Positions 10,518 through 21,804 of a stretch of 64,000 nt of DNA are shown here, one piece after another. The first letter of the stretch is position 1; every line of letters starts with the position of its first letter. The notes below the pieces were generated by a model. That model saw nothing but the letters and a program-made list of their open reading frames with translations. It had not been told where the DNA came from and did no database searches. This DNA is from an uncultured Chloroflexia bacterium (GTDB taxonomy: Bacteria; Chloroflexota; Anaerolineae; CG2-30-64-16). The DNA lies in contig CAVZDU010000006.1 of NCBI GenBank assembly GCA_963774265.1, positions 160,001-224,000 on the forward strand, in the 5' to 3' direction. A program made the translations under genes and the position numbers.

Positions 10518-11437
10518 CCTGCGCCGCCGTTCTCTCCCACGAGCCTGAGGAAATACTGCTCCAGTTCCTCTTCCTCCACCACCAGGTGGGTCGGCGGAAC
10601 CCCGGCGCCGGCCAGCAGGCCGGCGATGTCGTCAGGGTGTGCGACGGCCGCCGCGCTCCTGAGCTCGATCGACCCGTCCGGCAGAATGTCAGCCGGCTGC
10701 CCTGCGGTGGTCAGCGCCCTGTGGGCAGCCTCGATATCCCGCGCCCGCACCAACAGCCGCCGCCGGCGATCCCGCTCCAGCTCGTCGACGTCCAGCTCCT
10801 GCAGCAGGCGGCCCGCGTGGATGATCCCGATGCGCTGGGCCAGGCGCGCCACCTCCGCCAGGATATGGCTCGACATGAAGACCGTCACGCCCTGTTCGCG
10901 GGTCAGCTCGAGCAGCAGGCCGCGGATCTCGACGATCCCGGCCGGATCCAGGCCGTTGGCCGGCTCGTCCAGCAGAAGCAGCCTGGGCTCATGCAGCAGC
11001 GCCTTGGCCAGCCCCAACCGCTGCGCGTTGCCCTGGGAAAGCGTGCCTGCCCGCCGGTCGGCATCTGCTGCCAGCCCCAGGCGCTCGATGAACCGGCTCA
11101 CGGCCCGAGCCGGCGTACCGGGATGCAGACGCCGCGCCACCTCCAGGTTCTCGCGCACCGTCAGCTCGGGATAACTGTGCGGCATCTCCACCAGATAGCC
11201 GACCGAGGCCCACGGCTCGGGGCTGCCCATGCGGACCCTGGTTCCCAGCACGAGTGCGCATCCCGCGCTGGGCTTGATCATCCCCAGCAACATACGGATG
11301 GTCGTCGTCTTCCCTGCGCCGTTCAGGCCGAGAAATGCATAGATCTCTCCCTCGGCAACACGCAGGGAGAGATGCTCGACCGCAATTACGTCACCGTATC
11401 GTTTCGCGAGATTCTCTGTTTCAACCGCCAGATTCAT
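10514..11437 (-). CDS. ABC transporter ATP-binding protein (BcrA-like)
   Basis: GLNGAGKTT, LSQGNAQR, LLDEPANGLDP, SSH; overlaps the permease start. Confidence 0.9.
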   Translation of the reverse strand: MNLAVETENLAKRYGDVIAVEHLSLRVAEGEIYAFLGLNGAGKTTTIRMLLGMIKPSAGCALVLGTRVRMGSPEPWASVGYLVEMPHSYPELTVRENLEVARRLHPGTPARAVSRFIERLGLAADADRRAGTLSQGNAQRLGLAKALLHEPRLLLLDEPANGLDPAGIVEIRGLLLELTREQGVTVFMSSHILAEVARLAQRIGIIHAGRLLQELDVDELERDRRRRLLVRARDIEAAHRALTTAGQPADILPDGSIELRSAAAVAHPDDIAGLLAGAGVPPTHLVVEEEELEQYFLRLVGENGGAG

Positions 11438-11536
11438 CGTGAAAGATCCTTCTTCCTGGCTTGCCGGACGTCTGCCGTCATATGATGGCACGATCATATC
11501 ACGATTGATCGTGCAGTCCAGTGCGCGTAACCCGTA

Positions 11537-11562
11537 GCAACCCGTCACCGGTCTGCTGCGTA
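11537..11562 (+). promoter_or_regulatory. Putative ECF sigma promoter
   Basis: GCAACC-N16-CGTA upstream of 11606. Confidence 0.4.
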
Positions 11563-11605
11563 GAATAATACGGAAAAGTATAGCCGATGGAGGCAGGAGG
11601 CGACG

Positions 11606-12781
11606 ATGTTGGGGAGCCAGTCTCGCAAGAACGGTTTGAGCAATGGCAAATCCGGCGGCCACTATCGTCATGGCAACGATCATCTGATCGAGCTACACGA
11701 CGTGGTCAAGACATACCGGAGCGCGGCCGGAGAGTTCACCGCGCTCAAGGACATCGACCTGGAAGTGGACCACGGGGAATTCGTCGCGGTCATCGGCAAG
11801 TCGGGAAGCGGCAAGTCCACGCTGGTCAACATGATCACCGGGATCGACCGGCCCACGTCGGGCGAGATCCTGATCGGGGATGCGGCCATCCAGACGCTCA
11901 AAGAGGGCAAGCTGGCCGAGTGGCGCGGCCGCAATGTCGGGATCATCTTCCAGTTCTTCCAATTGCTGCCCACCCTCACCGTCGCCGAAAATGTCATGCT
12001 GCCCATGGACTTCTGCCACATGTACTCGATGCGCGAGCGGCGGGAGCGGGCGATGGATCTGCTGGAGCAGGTTGGCGTGGCCGACCAGGCGGACAAGCTG
12101 CCATCGGCCCTGTCGGGCGGCCAGCAACAGCGCGTCGCGATCGCCCGCGCCCTGGCCAACGATCCGCCCATCCTTGCGGCCGACGAGCCCACCGGCAACC
12201 TCGACTCCAAGACAGCCGAATCGGTCTTCAGCCTGTTCGAAACGCTGGTGGCGCAGGGAAAGACGATCCTGATGGTGACTCACGACCGCGACCTGGCCCG
12301 CCGGGCCACGCGCACCGTCATCCTTTCCGACGGCGCAGTCATCGAGGAATACGTGGCCAAGACCTTCCCGACCTTGAACGAGGCACAGTTGATTGAGGCG
12401 ACGCGGAACCTTGAGCCGCAGAAGCACGCACCGGGCGCGGTGATCCTCAAGCAGGGCTCGTCGCCGGAGAAGTTCTATCTCATCACGCGAGGCCGGGTGG
12501 AGGTGGTCCTGCCCGGAGCTGAGGGGCAGGAGATTGTCGCCGCAACCATGGTCCAGGGCCAGTATTTCGGTGAGATCGAGCTGCGGCGCGGCGGCAGCAA
12601 TATCGCCACCATCCGCGCCGACCCAGTGATGGGTGTCGAGGTAGCGGCGCTCGACCGGGCTACATTCGAGCGCCTGCTTGTCGAGTCGGCAGCCATCCGG
12701 GAAGCCATCGACCACACGGTCGAGGAGCGAGTGGCCGAAAACGTAGCCACTCGCAATCATGGGGAGAACGGCAATGCTTAG
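11606..12781 (+). CDS. LolD/MacB-type ABC ATPase fused to a C-terminal cNMP-binding-like domain
   Basis: [30 protein letters not shown]; then ILKQG...[11 protein letters not shown]...GQYFGEI...ATIRA. Confidence 0.9.
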   Translation: MLGSQSRKNGLSNGKSGGHYRHGNDHLIELHDVVKTYRSAAGEFTALKDIDLEVDHGEFVAVIGKSGSGKSTLVNMITGIDRPTSGEILIGDAAIQTLKEGKLAEWRGRNVGIIFQFFQLLPTLTVAENVMLPMDFCHMYSMRERRERAMDLLEQVGVADQADKLPSALSGGQQQRVAIARALANDPPILAADEPTGNLDSKTAESVFSLFETLVAQGKTILMVTHDRDLARRATRTVILSDGAVIEEYVAKTFPTLNEAQLIEATRNLEPQKHAPGAVILKQGSSPEKFYLITRGRVEVVLPGAEGQEIVAATMVQGQYFGEIELRRGGSNIATIRADPVMGVEVAALDRATFERLLVESAAIREAIDHTVEERVAENVATRNHGENGNA

Positions 12782-15179
12782 CCCACGCTGGCACAAAGTT
12801 GTGCGCGATATCTGGGGTAATAAACTGCGCACTGCCCTGGTGGTGCTCTCCATCGCTGTCGGCGTCTTCGCGGTCGGCATGATCGCCGGCGCACGAGAGA
12901 CCGCCGTGACCGCTCTGGACGCGAGCTGGAACTCGACAAACCCGGCCAACGTGATGATCTACACCGATCTCTTTGATGAGGAGTTGCTCTATACCGTGGG
13001 TCACATGCCGGGCGTGCGGGAGGTCGACGCTCGCCGGCAGATCGTCGTCCGCTTCCAGGGTACGGCGCAGCTCACCGCACCGGACGACACGAAGTGGCGC
13101 AATCTGGTCCTCTACCTCTACCCCGACTACGAGTCGATCCGCGTCGGCAAGATCTGGCCGCAGAGCGGGGCCTGGCCGCCTCCCAGCCGGGAGGTCCTGA
13201 TTGAGCGGGCTTCCCTGGGCTGGATGGCCGCGAATGTCGGCGACACGGTGTTGGTTGAGGCGGGGAACGGACGCCGGCGCGAGCTGCGCATCGCGGGCAC
13301 GCTCCACGATCCGGGGCAGATGCAGGCCTCCTGGAACGCCATGGCCGTCGGCTATGTCAGCCGTGAAACGCTCGACTGGTTCGGCATCTCGCGGGACTTC
13401 GATGAGCTCAATGTGATCGCGGCCGAGGCAAACCCAAGCCGGAGCCAGTTGACGAAATTGGCGCAGGAGATCCGCTCCAAAGTTGAGAAAAGCGGCCGGA
13501 CCGTGTACTACACATACATCCCCACGCCGGGCAAGCATCCGGCCGGGGAGACCGTCGAGCCGGTGCTGATGATATTGGGTGTCCTGGGGATTCTGACGTT
13601 GATCCTGAGCGGGCTACTGGTCGTGAATACCATGCAGGCGCTGCTGATGCAGCAGGTTCGGCAGATGGGCATCATGAAAGCGATCGGCGCGCGCAACAAC
13701 CAGATCATGGGCATCTATTTCGGGATGGTTCTGGCTCTCGGCGTGCTCGCACTGGTCCTGGCGGTGCCCCTGGGCGCGCTGGGCGGCCAGGGCTTGACGC
13801 AGTTCATGGCCAACCTGCTCAACTTCGACATCGGCGGCCTCCACATTCCGCCGAAGGTGCTGGGCATGGAGGTTGCGATCGGTCTGGCCGTGCCGCTGCT
13901 TGCCGCGCTCTATCCGATCATCACCGCCACGCGCATCACCGCGCGCGAGGCCATGAGCGATTACGGGCTCGCCTCAGCCCCCTCCCCGGGACGCAAAGAT
14001 GGTTCGGGAGCGAGATCCCGCCTGCCTTTCTCGCGCCCGACCCTGCTGTCGCTGCGCAATACATTCCGCCGCCGAGGACGGCTGGCGCTGACGCTTGCCA
14101 CCCTGGTCTTGGGCGGCGCCATCTTCATCGGCGTGTTCAGCGTGCGCTCCTCGCTGCTGCTCACCCTTGACAACATGTTCCAATACATCGACTACGATGC
14201 GGTCATCAGTTTTCAAAAAGAGCACCGGATCGACCAGATCGAACGTGAGGCGCTGAGCGTGCCGGGCGTCGTTGCGGCCGAAGGGTGGCGCTTCGATATG
14301 GGCCGCCGCATGCGACCCGACGACACCGAGAGCGATCCGGTGCAGGTGCGGGGGATCCCTGCCAACAGCGCCTTAGTTCGGCCGCGGGTGGTGGAAGGGC
14401 GTTGGCTCCTCCCCGAAGACGAGAACGCGGTCGTCGTCAACACCATGTTTCTGAAAGATGAGCCCGACATCACGGTCGGGAGTGATCTCAAGCTGACGAT
14501 CAACGGCCGCGAGACCGATTGGCGAGTGGTTGGTATCGTTGCGGGAACACCGCCGATGTCCCTGTTGCACGTCAATTATCCCTACCTGGCCCGGCTTATG
14601 GGCGCGGTTGACCGCGCGGGCGTGGCCATCGCCGTGACCCGGCCGCGCGATCCTGCCTCGCAGGCCGCAGCCGCAAAGGCGCTGGAAGAGCACTTCGAGT
14701 CGGTGGGCATGGCGGTCGGCAATCGGCAGACCAGCACCGAAGAGCGCACACAGATCGCGGCCCGGTTCAACGTCCTCATCATATTCCTGCTCATCATGGC
14801 TGTGATTCTGGCCGTGGTCGGCGCGATCGGCCTGGCAGGAACCATGAGCCTGAACGTGCTGGAGCGGACGCGCGAGATCGGCGTCATGCGGGCCATCGGC
14901 GCCTCGGACGGGGGCATCTTCCAAATTGTGGTGATTGAAGGGCTGCTGATCGGCCTGATCAGCTGGTTCTTCGGCGCCATCCTGGCGTTCCCGCTCGGCA
15001 AGGTCTTGAGCGACGCCATCGGCTCGATCACCATGAAAATCGGCCTGGACTACCTGTACTCCCTGAGCGGCCTGGCCATGTGGCTGGCCATCGCCTGTGT
15101 CCTGGCCGTGGTCGCGAGCTTGTTGCCCGCGCGCAACGCGTCGAAAGTTAGCGTGCGAGATGTACTGGCGTATGAGTGA
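12774..15179 (+). CDS. FtsX/MacB-like ABC permease (duplicated)
   Basis: [11 protein letters not shown] and [14 protein letters not shown]; two periplasmic plus TM halves. Confidence 0.9.
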   Translation: MLSPRWHKVVRDIWGNKLRTALVVLSIAVGVFAVGMIAGARETAVTALDASWNSTNPANVMIYTDLFDEELLYTVGHMPGVREVDARRQIVVRFQGTAQLTAPDDTKWRNLVLYLYPDYESIRVGKIWPQSGAWPPPSREVLIERASLGWMAANVGDTVLVEAGNGRRRELRIAGTLHDPGQMQASWNAMAVGYVSRETLDWFGISRDFDELNVIAAEANPSRSQLTKLAQEIRSKVEKSGRTVYYTYIPTPGKHPAGETVEPVLMILGVLGILTLILSGLLVVNTMQALLMQQVRQMGIMKAIGARNNQIMGIYFGMVLALGVLALVLAVPLGALGGQGLTQFMANLLNFDIGGLHIPPKVLGMEVAIGLAVPLLAALYPIITATRITAREAMSDYGLASAPSPGRKDGSGARSRLPFSRPTLLSLRNTFRRRGRLALTLATLVLGGAIFIGVFSVRSSLLLTLDNMFQYIDYDAVISFQKEHRIDQIEREALSVPGVVAAEGWRFDMGRRMRPDDTESDPVQVRGIPANSALVRPRVVEGRWLLPEDENAVVVNTMFLKDEPDITVGSDLKLTINGRETDWRVVGIVAGTPPMSLLHVNYPYLARLMGAVDRAGVAIAVTRPRDPASQAAAAKALEEHFESVGMAVGNRQTSTEERTQIAARFNVLIIFLLIMAVILAVVGAIGLAGTMSLNVLERTREIGVMRAIGASDGGIFQIVVIEGLLIGLISWFFGAILAFPLGKVLSDAIGSITMKIGLDYLYSLSGLAMWLAIACVLAVVASLLPARNASKVSVRDVLAYE

Positions 15180-15206
15180 TATTCGGATGCCAACAGGACG
15201 CGGACG

Positions 15207-16121
15207 CTAGCGCCGGCGGCTTTTGATGAATGTGCCAGCCTGCAGTTCCTCAAAGGCCGTCCGCAGCTCCTGCTGCGTGTTCATCACGATGGGACCGTAC
15301 CAGGCCACCGGCTCCCGGATAGGCTTCCCAGAGATCAGCAAGAAGCGCACCGGATCCTGGTCGGCCTTGACGAGCACGTCATCTCCATCGCCAAAGAGCA
15401 CCAGATGCCCATTGCCGATGAGCGGCTCACGCTCCATGTCGAAATAGTTTTCCCCCTCGGCGTCATAGCTGTAGGGGTCGCGCTGCCGACAGAAATCGCC
15501 TTTGCCCTCGATGACGTAAGCGAAGACGGTGTGACCGCGCGACGTTGGATGCGTGAAGGTCGCGCCCGGCGGGAGGGTGACGTCGAGATACTCCGGATCG
15601 GTCACAATGTCCTGGACCGGTCCCCGGACACCGTTGACCTCGCCACAGATGATCTTGATCTTGTTCCCCCCGGCATCGGTCACTTCAGGGATCTGGCTGG
15701 CCGTGATGCCCTGGTAGCGCGGGTCCATCATCTTGTGGGAGGCCGGGAGGTTCGCCCATAGCTGAAACCCGTACATCCGGCCTTGACTGTCACCCGCGGG
15801 CATCTCCTGGTGCATGATGCCGTTGCCCGCGGTCATCCACTGCACGTCGCCCGACGAGATGACGCCTGCGTTACCCGTGCTGTCGCCGTGCTCGACATCA
15901 CCGGCCAGCACATAGGTGATGGTCTCGATGCCGCGATGTGGGTGCCAGGGGAAGCCCTTACGATAGTGCTCCGGGGTGTCGGATCGGAAATCATCCAGCA
16001 GCAGAAAGGGATCGGTCAACTCGGGATCACCGAAACCGATCACGCGGTGCAGGTGGACGCCGGCGCCTTCGATCGTGGGCCGAGCCTTAATGACCTTACG
16101 GATGTGTCTGTTCTCGCTCAT
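15207..16121 (-). CDS. Pirin family protein
   Basis: DPFLLLD, WHPHRGIETITY, QWMTAGNGIMHQE, GFQLWANLP, GPIVMNT. Confidence 0.93.
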   Translation of the reverse strand: MSENRHIRKVIKARPTIEGAGVHLHRVIGFGDPELTDPFLLLDDFRSDTPEHYRKGFPWHPHRGIETITYVLAGDVEHGDSTGNAGVISSGDVQWMTAGNGIMHQEMPAGDSQGRMYGFQLWANLPASHKMMDPRYQGITASQIPEVTDAGGNKIKIICGEVNGVRGPVQDIVTDPEYLDVTLPPGATFTHPTSRGHTVFAYVIEGKGDFCRQRDPYSYDAEGENYFDMEREPLIGNGHLVLFGDGDDVLVKADQDPVRFLLISGKPIREPVAWYGPIVMNTQQELRTAFEELQAGTFIKSRRR

Positions 16122-16145
16122 GTTTCGCGTATCCTCTTCACTCCG

Positions 16146-16300
16146 CTAAGCCGCGGCATCCCATGCTTCCTTGAGCCAACCGCGCACCTCATCGTCGATG
16201 TCCGCGGCCGAGCGGAGCTCGAAATGATTCGTGAAGCGGCCCCGCGCCGGCTCCACAATCTGCTTCCACCGCGGCGAGTCGTCCCGGCGCCGCAGGCCGT
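16146..16300 (-). pseudogene. C-terminal remnant of a DUF5655-like protein
   Basis: GLRRRDDSPRWKQIVEPARGRFTNHFELRSAADIDDEVRGWLKEAWDAAA*; no start, begins right after the lipoprotein stop. Confidence 0.55.
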
Positions 16301-16304
16301 CGAG

Positions 16305-17153
16305 CTACTGAACTGGCGCCTCGATCTTGATGCTCGAATCGTACTCGTAGATGACTGTGCTCTTCACCTTTGTGCCGGGCTTGGTGACGGAGTCGCCTTC
16401 GCTCTCACCCCTGTAAGGGAGCTTATCCAACACACCGATCCAGATCTTCGCGTTGGAGGCGATTGTCTGCTCACCCAGGTTCATCTTGGAAGCGTATTGA
16501 TACACCCACATCGCCTTACCGCCGATCAGATCGGGGCCCAGGAACTTCAATTGGTCGACCGTCGTGTCCCGCATCAGCTCCTCAACCTTCGCTGGATCGA
16601 GGATGCCAGCCACCATCGAGGACATGTCCATGGGCAGCTTCTGCCACTGGCCGCCCGCGCTCCTCTGGTAGGTCCCGTCCTTCAGGATGATAATCTCCTG
16701 ACCGGCCCCCATCACCAGGTGCAAGCTGTCAGGTGCGACGAACTCGATGATCGTGGTAGTCACAGCGCCGCCATCATCGATGGTCGCGGTGGTGCGCCAT
16801 GCCTTCTGAGCCAACTGCGCCCGCAGCACGTTTAGCAGCAGATCCATGGCATCTGAGCCAGCAGGCGCGGCCTCGGCCGGCGCGGGGGTAGTAGTAGGCT
16901 GCGGCGCCTCGGTCGGAACCGCGGTCGGCTGGGGCGCTGCGGTCGGGACGACGGTAGGAGCCTTAGTCGGAGCCGAGGTGGGCGCGACCGATTCGGCCGG
17001 CACGGTTGTCGGCGCGGCTGCAGCCTGGGCAGGCGCGGCGGTTGCAGCCGGCGAAGAAGTTGCAGCAGGCTGGCCGCCGCAGGCGGCCAGGACTAAGACA
17101 AGCCAGATCGGAAGGACGAACCTCGTCGCAGTCGAGCGATGCGTGAATTCCAT
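16305..17153 (-). CDS. Lipoprotein with Pro/Thr/Ala linker and a beta-rich (LolA/LppX-like) domain
   Basis: Lipobox LAAC after a hydrophobic stretch; PTxAP repeats; fold assignment is inference. Confidence 0.75.
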   Translation of the reverse strand: MEFTHRSTATRFVLPIWLVLVLAACGGQPAATSSPAATAAPAQAAAAPTTVPAESVAPTSAPTKAPTVVPTAAPQPTAVPTEAPQPTTTPAPAEAAPAGSDAMDLLLNVLRAQLAQKAWRTTATIDDGGAVTTTIIEFVAPDSLHLVMGAGQEIIILKDGTYQRSAGGQWQKLPMDMSSMVAGILDPAKVEELMRDTTVDQLKFLGPDLIGGKAMWVYQYASKMNLGEQTIASNAKIWIGVLDKLPYRGESEGDSVTKPGTKVKSTVIYEYDSSIKIEAPVQ

Positions 17154-17246
17154 TGCTCTCTCCTGAAAGACACCAAAACAGGGCGAACCGGCCTTCATAG
17201 CCGCAGTCCGCCCCGTTTCAGCTGGCAGTCGATTGATTTATCTTGA

Positions 17247-18353
17247 CTACTCAGACAGGAACGCGTCCAGCGCCTTCTTGCTGATGCGGAACTCCGCGCC
17301 GATTTTCTTCGCCTTGACCTGGCCGGAGCTGATGAGCTCCTGCACATCGGCCGCTGCGACCTTGAGATACGCGGCCGCCTCGGCGAGGGTCATCACCTCA
17401 GGTGCGGCGCCTCCGCCGCTGGGACCACCGCCTGCGGGGGCTTGTCCACCGGCCTGCGCCTGGCCGCCGCTCCCCTGGAACGCGCCGGACATCGCCTGGC
17501 CGATCATGCCGGCCATGCCTGCGCCGAGGCCGAAGCCTGCACCCAACCCGACGCCGGTGCCCGCCGCACTGCCAGCCTCACCGCCTCCGCCACCACCCTG
17601 GGCCGTCGCATCGCGCATCGATTTGGCCGCCTGGTACTGGAGGTACTTCTGCATGTCGCCGATCGCACCCATGGCCGCGCGCTCGTCGATGGCCTTCTGG
17701 GTCTCTTCGGTCGGGCTGACGCTACCCAGGAACATCTGCTTGAGCTGGATGCCAAGTTGTGCGAAGTCGTCGGCCACCTTCGCCCTAATGCCTGCGCTCA
17801 GCTCGTCGAACATGGCGGGAATATCGAACAGGCTCACACCCAACTCGCCCAGCATGTCGGTCAGCCGGCTGATGATGATGCCGCGCAGGTAGTCCTCGAT
17901 CTGATTCGTCGTAAAGAGCCCTTGCGTGCCGACAATCTTCGCCACGAACATCTGCGGCTCGGCCACGGCCATGGAGTACCGGCCGTTGGCGCGCAGCCGG
18001 GCCATGCCGAGCTCCTTGTCCCGCAGGGTGATCGGTTCCGGCGTGCCCCACTTCATATCGATGAAGTCGCGCATGTTGACGAAGTAAACCTCGGCCTTGA
18101 AGGGCGTCTGCCCGCCGAAGGCCATCCCGAGGAGATTGACGAGCAAGGGGATGTTGGCGGTCGTGATAGTGTGCCGGCCAGGACCGAACACATCCAACGC
18201 TTTGCCATCGCGGAAGAAAACCGCTGCCTGGCTCTCGCGCACTACGACCTGCGAGCCGATGCGGAAGTCGCCGCTGCCGGTGGATGGCACGCGGTAGACC
18301 ATCTGATTAAGGCCCTGATCGGGCGCCTCGACGATGTCGAAAATTCGGACCAT
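17247..18353 (-). CDS. SPFH (YdjI-like) protein with C-terminal excisionase-type HTH
   Basis: VRESQAAVFFRDGKALDVFGPGRHTITTANIP, KWGT; Gly-rich linker; VMTLAEAAAYLKV...KAKKIGAEFRISKKAL. Confidence 0.85.
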   Translation of the reverse strand: MVRIFDIVEAPDQGLNQMVYRVPSTGSGDFRIGSQVVVRESQAAVFFRDGKALDVFGPGRHTITTANIPLLVNLLGMAFGGQTPFKAEVYFVNMRDFIDMKWGTPEPITLRDKELGMARLRANGRYSMAVAEPQMFVAKIVGTQGLFTTNQIEDYLRGIIISRLTDMLGELGVSLFDIPAMFDELSAGIRAKVADDFAQLGIQLKQMFLGSVSPTEETQKAIDERAAMGAIGDMQKYLQYQAAKSMRDATAQGGGGGGEAGSAAGTGVGLGAGFGLGAGMAGMIGQAMSGAFQGSGGQAQAGGQAPAGGGPSGGGAAPEVMTLAEAAAYLKVAAADVQELISSGQVKAKKIGAEFRISKKALDAFLSE

Positions 18354-18376
18354 ACGATTGCCTCCTAGCAGGTATG

Positions 18377-18404
18377 GTAGGGGCGTAGCATGCTACGCCC
18401 CTAC
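18377..18404. repeat. Perfect 28-bp GTAG-type REP palindrome
   Basis: gtaggggcgtagcatgctacgcccctac. Confidence 0.8.
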
Positions 18405-18412
18405 AGATCAGG

Positions 18413-18931
18413 TTAGGATACGTTCTGGATCACTTCGGCGCGGCGATTGAAGGTCTCGTTGAGCCCGGCAACCAGGTCGCCGATGCTGCGCAACGCTTCC
18501 TTGACGCCTTCATTCGCCTGCACGGCCTGCTCAAGCTTGCCGATGGCTTCGTCCAACGGGGCCAATTGCTCATAAAGCTCCTGATCGAAGGCCACCAGCC
18601 GATCCAGGTCATCTTCTTTCACCTTGTTGATGCCCCACATCGGTGCATAGCCGTACGACGCAGTCTTGATACGGTCGATGAACAATTGCAGACGGCCGAC
18701 GACGCGCTCGACGTCGTCCAGCCACATCAGGCCGCCCGAACTGAGCAGGTCGCCCTGCAAAGCGGTCAGCTTACGCCTTCGACTCTCCAGGCGCCGAGCC
18801 AGGTTGTCGCGCACCTGCTTGTCCGCGTCGCGGCGGATCTCCTTTTCGCGATACCCCTTGATGCCCGGCAGCTTCGCGAAGAAGCTCTCGACGCCGCCCA
18901 TCTGGTCCTTAGCGCTTTGTACCGGATCCAT
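18413..18931 (-). CDS. Conserved alpha-helical hypothetical protein
   Basis: LPGIKGYREKEIRRDADKQVR...IKTASYGYAP; RBS; lies within the operon. Confidence 0.75.
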   Translation of the reverse strand: MDPVQSAKDQMGGVESFFAKLPGIKGYREKEIRRDADKQVRDNLARRLESRRRKLTALQGDLLSSGGLMWLDDVERVVGRLQLFIDRIKTASYGYAPMWGINKVKEDDLDRLVAFDQELYEQLAPLDEAIGKLEQAVQANEGVKEALRSIGDLVAGLNETFNRRAEVIQNVS

Positions 18932-18946
18932 GCATGTCCCTCCCTA

Positions 18947-19474
18947 TCAATTCGTCAAAAACACGGTTGAGCCGCAGAACGGACACTCGATCATGTCCTT
19001 GCCGGCCAGGGTGAGCTGGCCGCCGCAGTTCGGGCACTTCTGATCGGCCTTCATCTCGGAAGCTTGCTTAGAGTATAGCACACCGTCATTCCAGTTGATT
19101 GCGCCGCTGAACAGGTTCTTGCCCACCAGATCGCGCACCATGTCTTCGACCTTGTCGACCGGTGTGTTCAGCTCCACGGCCACGTCGGAAAGAGTCACCT
19201 TGCCCTGGGCGAGCACCATGTTCAGGATCTTCTTCTCTTTCGCCATCTCGGCGTACTCGGCTGCTTCCTGTTTGCCGCTCTTGAGCAGGTAGAACCCGCC
19301 CCCGCCCAGCGGCAGGACGAATACGATCAGCGCGATCAGGATGCCCAATACCGCGCCACTGGCGGTCGTTTCTGCGCTGGACACCTGGGTGAGCAGCAGC
19401 GCGGCCACCACAAGCAGTGCAACCAGCGCCACGACGATCAGGATGATCCCCATGGTCCGACCTTGACCCGGCAT
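18947..19474 (-). CDS. Two-TM protein with winged-helix/PCI-like region and zinc ribbon
   Basis: Two TM segments; CPNCGG...CPFCG. Confidence 0.75.
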   Translation of the reverse strand: MPGQGRTMGIILIVVALVALLVVAALLLTQVSSAETTASGAVLGILIALIVFVLPLGGGGFYLLKSGKQEAAEYAEMAKEKKILNMVLAQGKVTLSDVAVELNTPVDKVEDMVRDLVGKNLFSGAINWNDGVLYSKQASEMKADQKCPNCGGQLTLAGKDMIECPFCGSTVFLTN

Positions 19475-19490
19475 ATAACCCCTCCTTAAA

Positions 19491-21456
19491 TTATCCGAAG
19501 CTGCTTCCGCCGCCACCACCACCGCCGCCCGAGAAGCCACCGCCGCCCGAGAAACCGCCCCCGCCAAACCCGCGGGAGCCGCCGCCACCAGACCACCCCC
19601 TGCTGCCACTAGAGGCCGGCACGCTGGTCAGCGTGGTGGCCGCCTGCGAGAGCATCGCGCCCAGCCCGGCGCTCATGCCGGCCAACGACTGGCCCATGCC
19701 GCGCGAAGCGTCGCTCAACGTGGGCCGGGAACCGCCGCCCTCGCTCGGTAAGCCGCCGCCGGGCATCCCCGTGGGGAATACGCCACCTCCAGAGCCGCCG
19801 CTCATGGTGGGCCCAGAACCGTAGTACGGGCGTGGGTAGCCCCACGGGATCCACCAGGTCGGGGGAGGCGCCTCCACCTTGCGGAACTTCTCGATCCAGC
19901 TATCCTCCAGCCCGAACGCCACGGCGTAGGGCAGGTAATCGCCGAAGATCTGGCCGGCCTCCTCCACGTTCGTGTATTTCTCCAGGTTCTGGAGATAACG
20001 CTTGAACGCATTCCAGCGCGCATACGCTTCCGCGCCCACCTCGGTGCGCTTCGGCATGTAGCGCGCCAGGACGATGATGCCGATGCCGATGACGCCCAGG
20101 GCCAGGGGCACGCACAGCGCGTACGAGGAGAACTGGCTCAGTGCGCCAAAGAGCAAGATGCCGCCGCCAAGCCCGCCCACCAGGACCGCCGTGCCGAGGC
20201 AGCCGATCTGCGAACGCACGTTGTCCGGGCTCCGCTTGAAGAAGCCCTCGCTGACCACCTCAGCATAGAGCGAGTTGCGTAGCATCGGCAGAGCGCTGTA
20301 GAACTTGTTCTTCAAGTCCGACAGCTGCACCTCTTGTTTGCGCCCAAAGAACTCCTTGATGAAGAGCTCCTCAAACGGGCGCAACTGGACCTTGTGCTGC
20401 TTGAGCCGGTAGGTGAAGTCGGATTTGGTGCCGATGCCCAGAAATCCCGGCTCCTGCGACTCCTCGATTTCCAACACGCCGCGCTTTGCCAGGTCGAGCA
20501 ACGTGGCGATCACGTCCTGCAGGTCCGCGCTCGTCGATCAGCGTGCCGACCATGCCCGCGGGCAGGTCCGACGGCGGCTCGGGCAGATAGTCGGCGATGA
20601 GGCCAACCGGCGCGTCGCGGCCGCGGCGGTACCACCACAGGTACAGCAGGAGCGGGCCGCCGATGGCCAGCAAGCCGCCGAGTGATAGGAAACCTATGTC
20701 AAAGACAGAACCCCATCGCTGCTTGAAAGCGTCTTGTTGCGCCTGCTGCGCGGCTGCCCGATCGAGTTCCTGCTGCCACGGCTGGGCTGCGCCAGCAACA
20801 ATGCCGTGCTGCCACTCTGCAACGACCTCAACCTCCAGCCCGGCGGCAATGCGCCTGTTTATCTTGATGGTTGCGTCGCTTTGGCCGGGCTGAAAAGTCG
20901 CGTCGCCCTCCGCGCCGTAAAGCCCGTAGTTGGTGAACGTCGCGCCTTCGGGCACGTGCAGGGTGATCGTCGAAGTCTGCGTGGGGAACGGGTTGCCGGA
21001 CGGAATGGCCTTCCAGAAAAGCTGATCGACCCCGTTCTCAGGGTAGTAACGCAACCCGCCGACGATCGTGTAACCGATCACGATAGTGCGCCGAGAGTCC
21101 GTGGAGGCGGGGAAGTTGTAGCGGACCTTGACGTACGAGCCCTCCTGATAATAGCGGTAGGTGTAGGGCGCGTCCGAGTCCGAATACTCGTACGTGGGCC
21201 CGTTCTCCTCAGCCACCGTGATGTCGGTGACGTCGCTGAAGCGGTTAATCAGGATTTCGCGCTGGCCGTATCGGAACGTGCCGCTGGTAAACACCAACTC
21301 CTGGGTTTCCACGACGCGAAAATCACCGCTCTGCAGAACGGTGAGATCGACATCGTAGCGCTGCCAGTAGAGAGTTTTTTCCTGCGCCAGTGCGGCAGGC
21401 GCCCCTGCCAGCAAAAGCACGATAAACAACAAGAAGACGTAGGTGCGCCGTTTCAT
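19491..21456 (-). CDS. DUF2207 family membrane protein (frameshift ~20530)
   Basis: Signal peptide, FRVVETQ, DQLFWKAI, ATLLDLAKRG, WNAFKRYL, YLPYAVAFG, Gly-rich tail. Confidence 0.88.
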
Positions 21457-21804
21457 CGATTCACCTCCCATGGCTGACATTGTATCACAGAGGCGCGCGC
21501 ATGCGCGGTGGTTAAGCCGACATATCGCTGACATCATGCAATACGTGGGAGGTGGGGATGGGGTTGCGTGGGCGGAAGGCGCGCTTGAGCGCAGAGACAA
21601 GGGCGTGGCGCCCCTACCTTTGGTTGACCGCGCGGCGGGTTTTAATTTTTCTCGACAGGAGCACCGTAGCCATCACTACATCATGAGATGCCAGAGCACA
21701 CCACAATAGCTGCACTAATGTAATACAAGCGTACCCAAGAACCGATCCGGGTGGATCGATGGACGATCGGGCCGATGGACAATCAAACTACAAGGAGAAA
21801 AATC

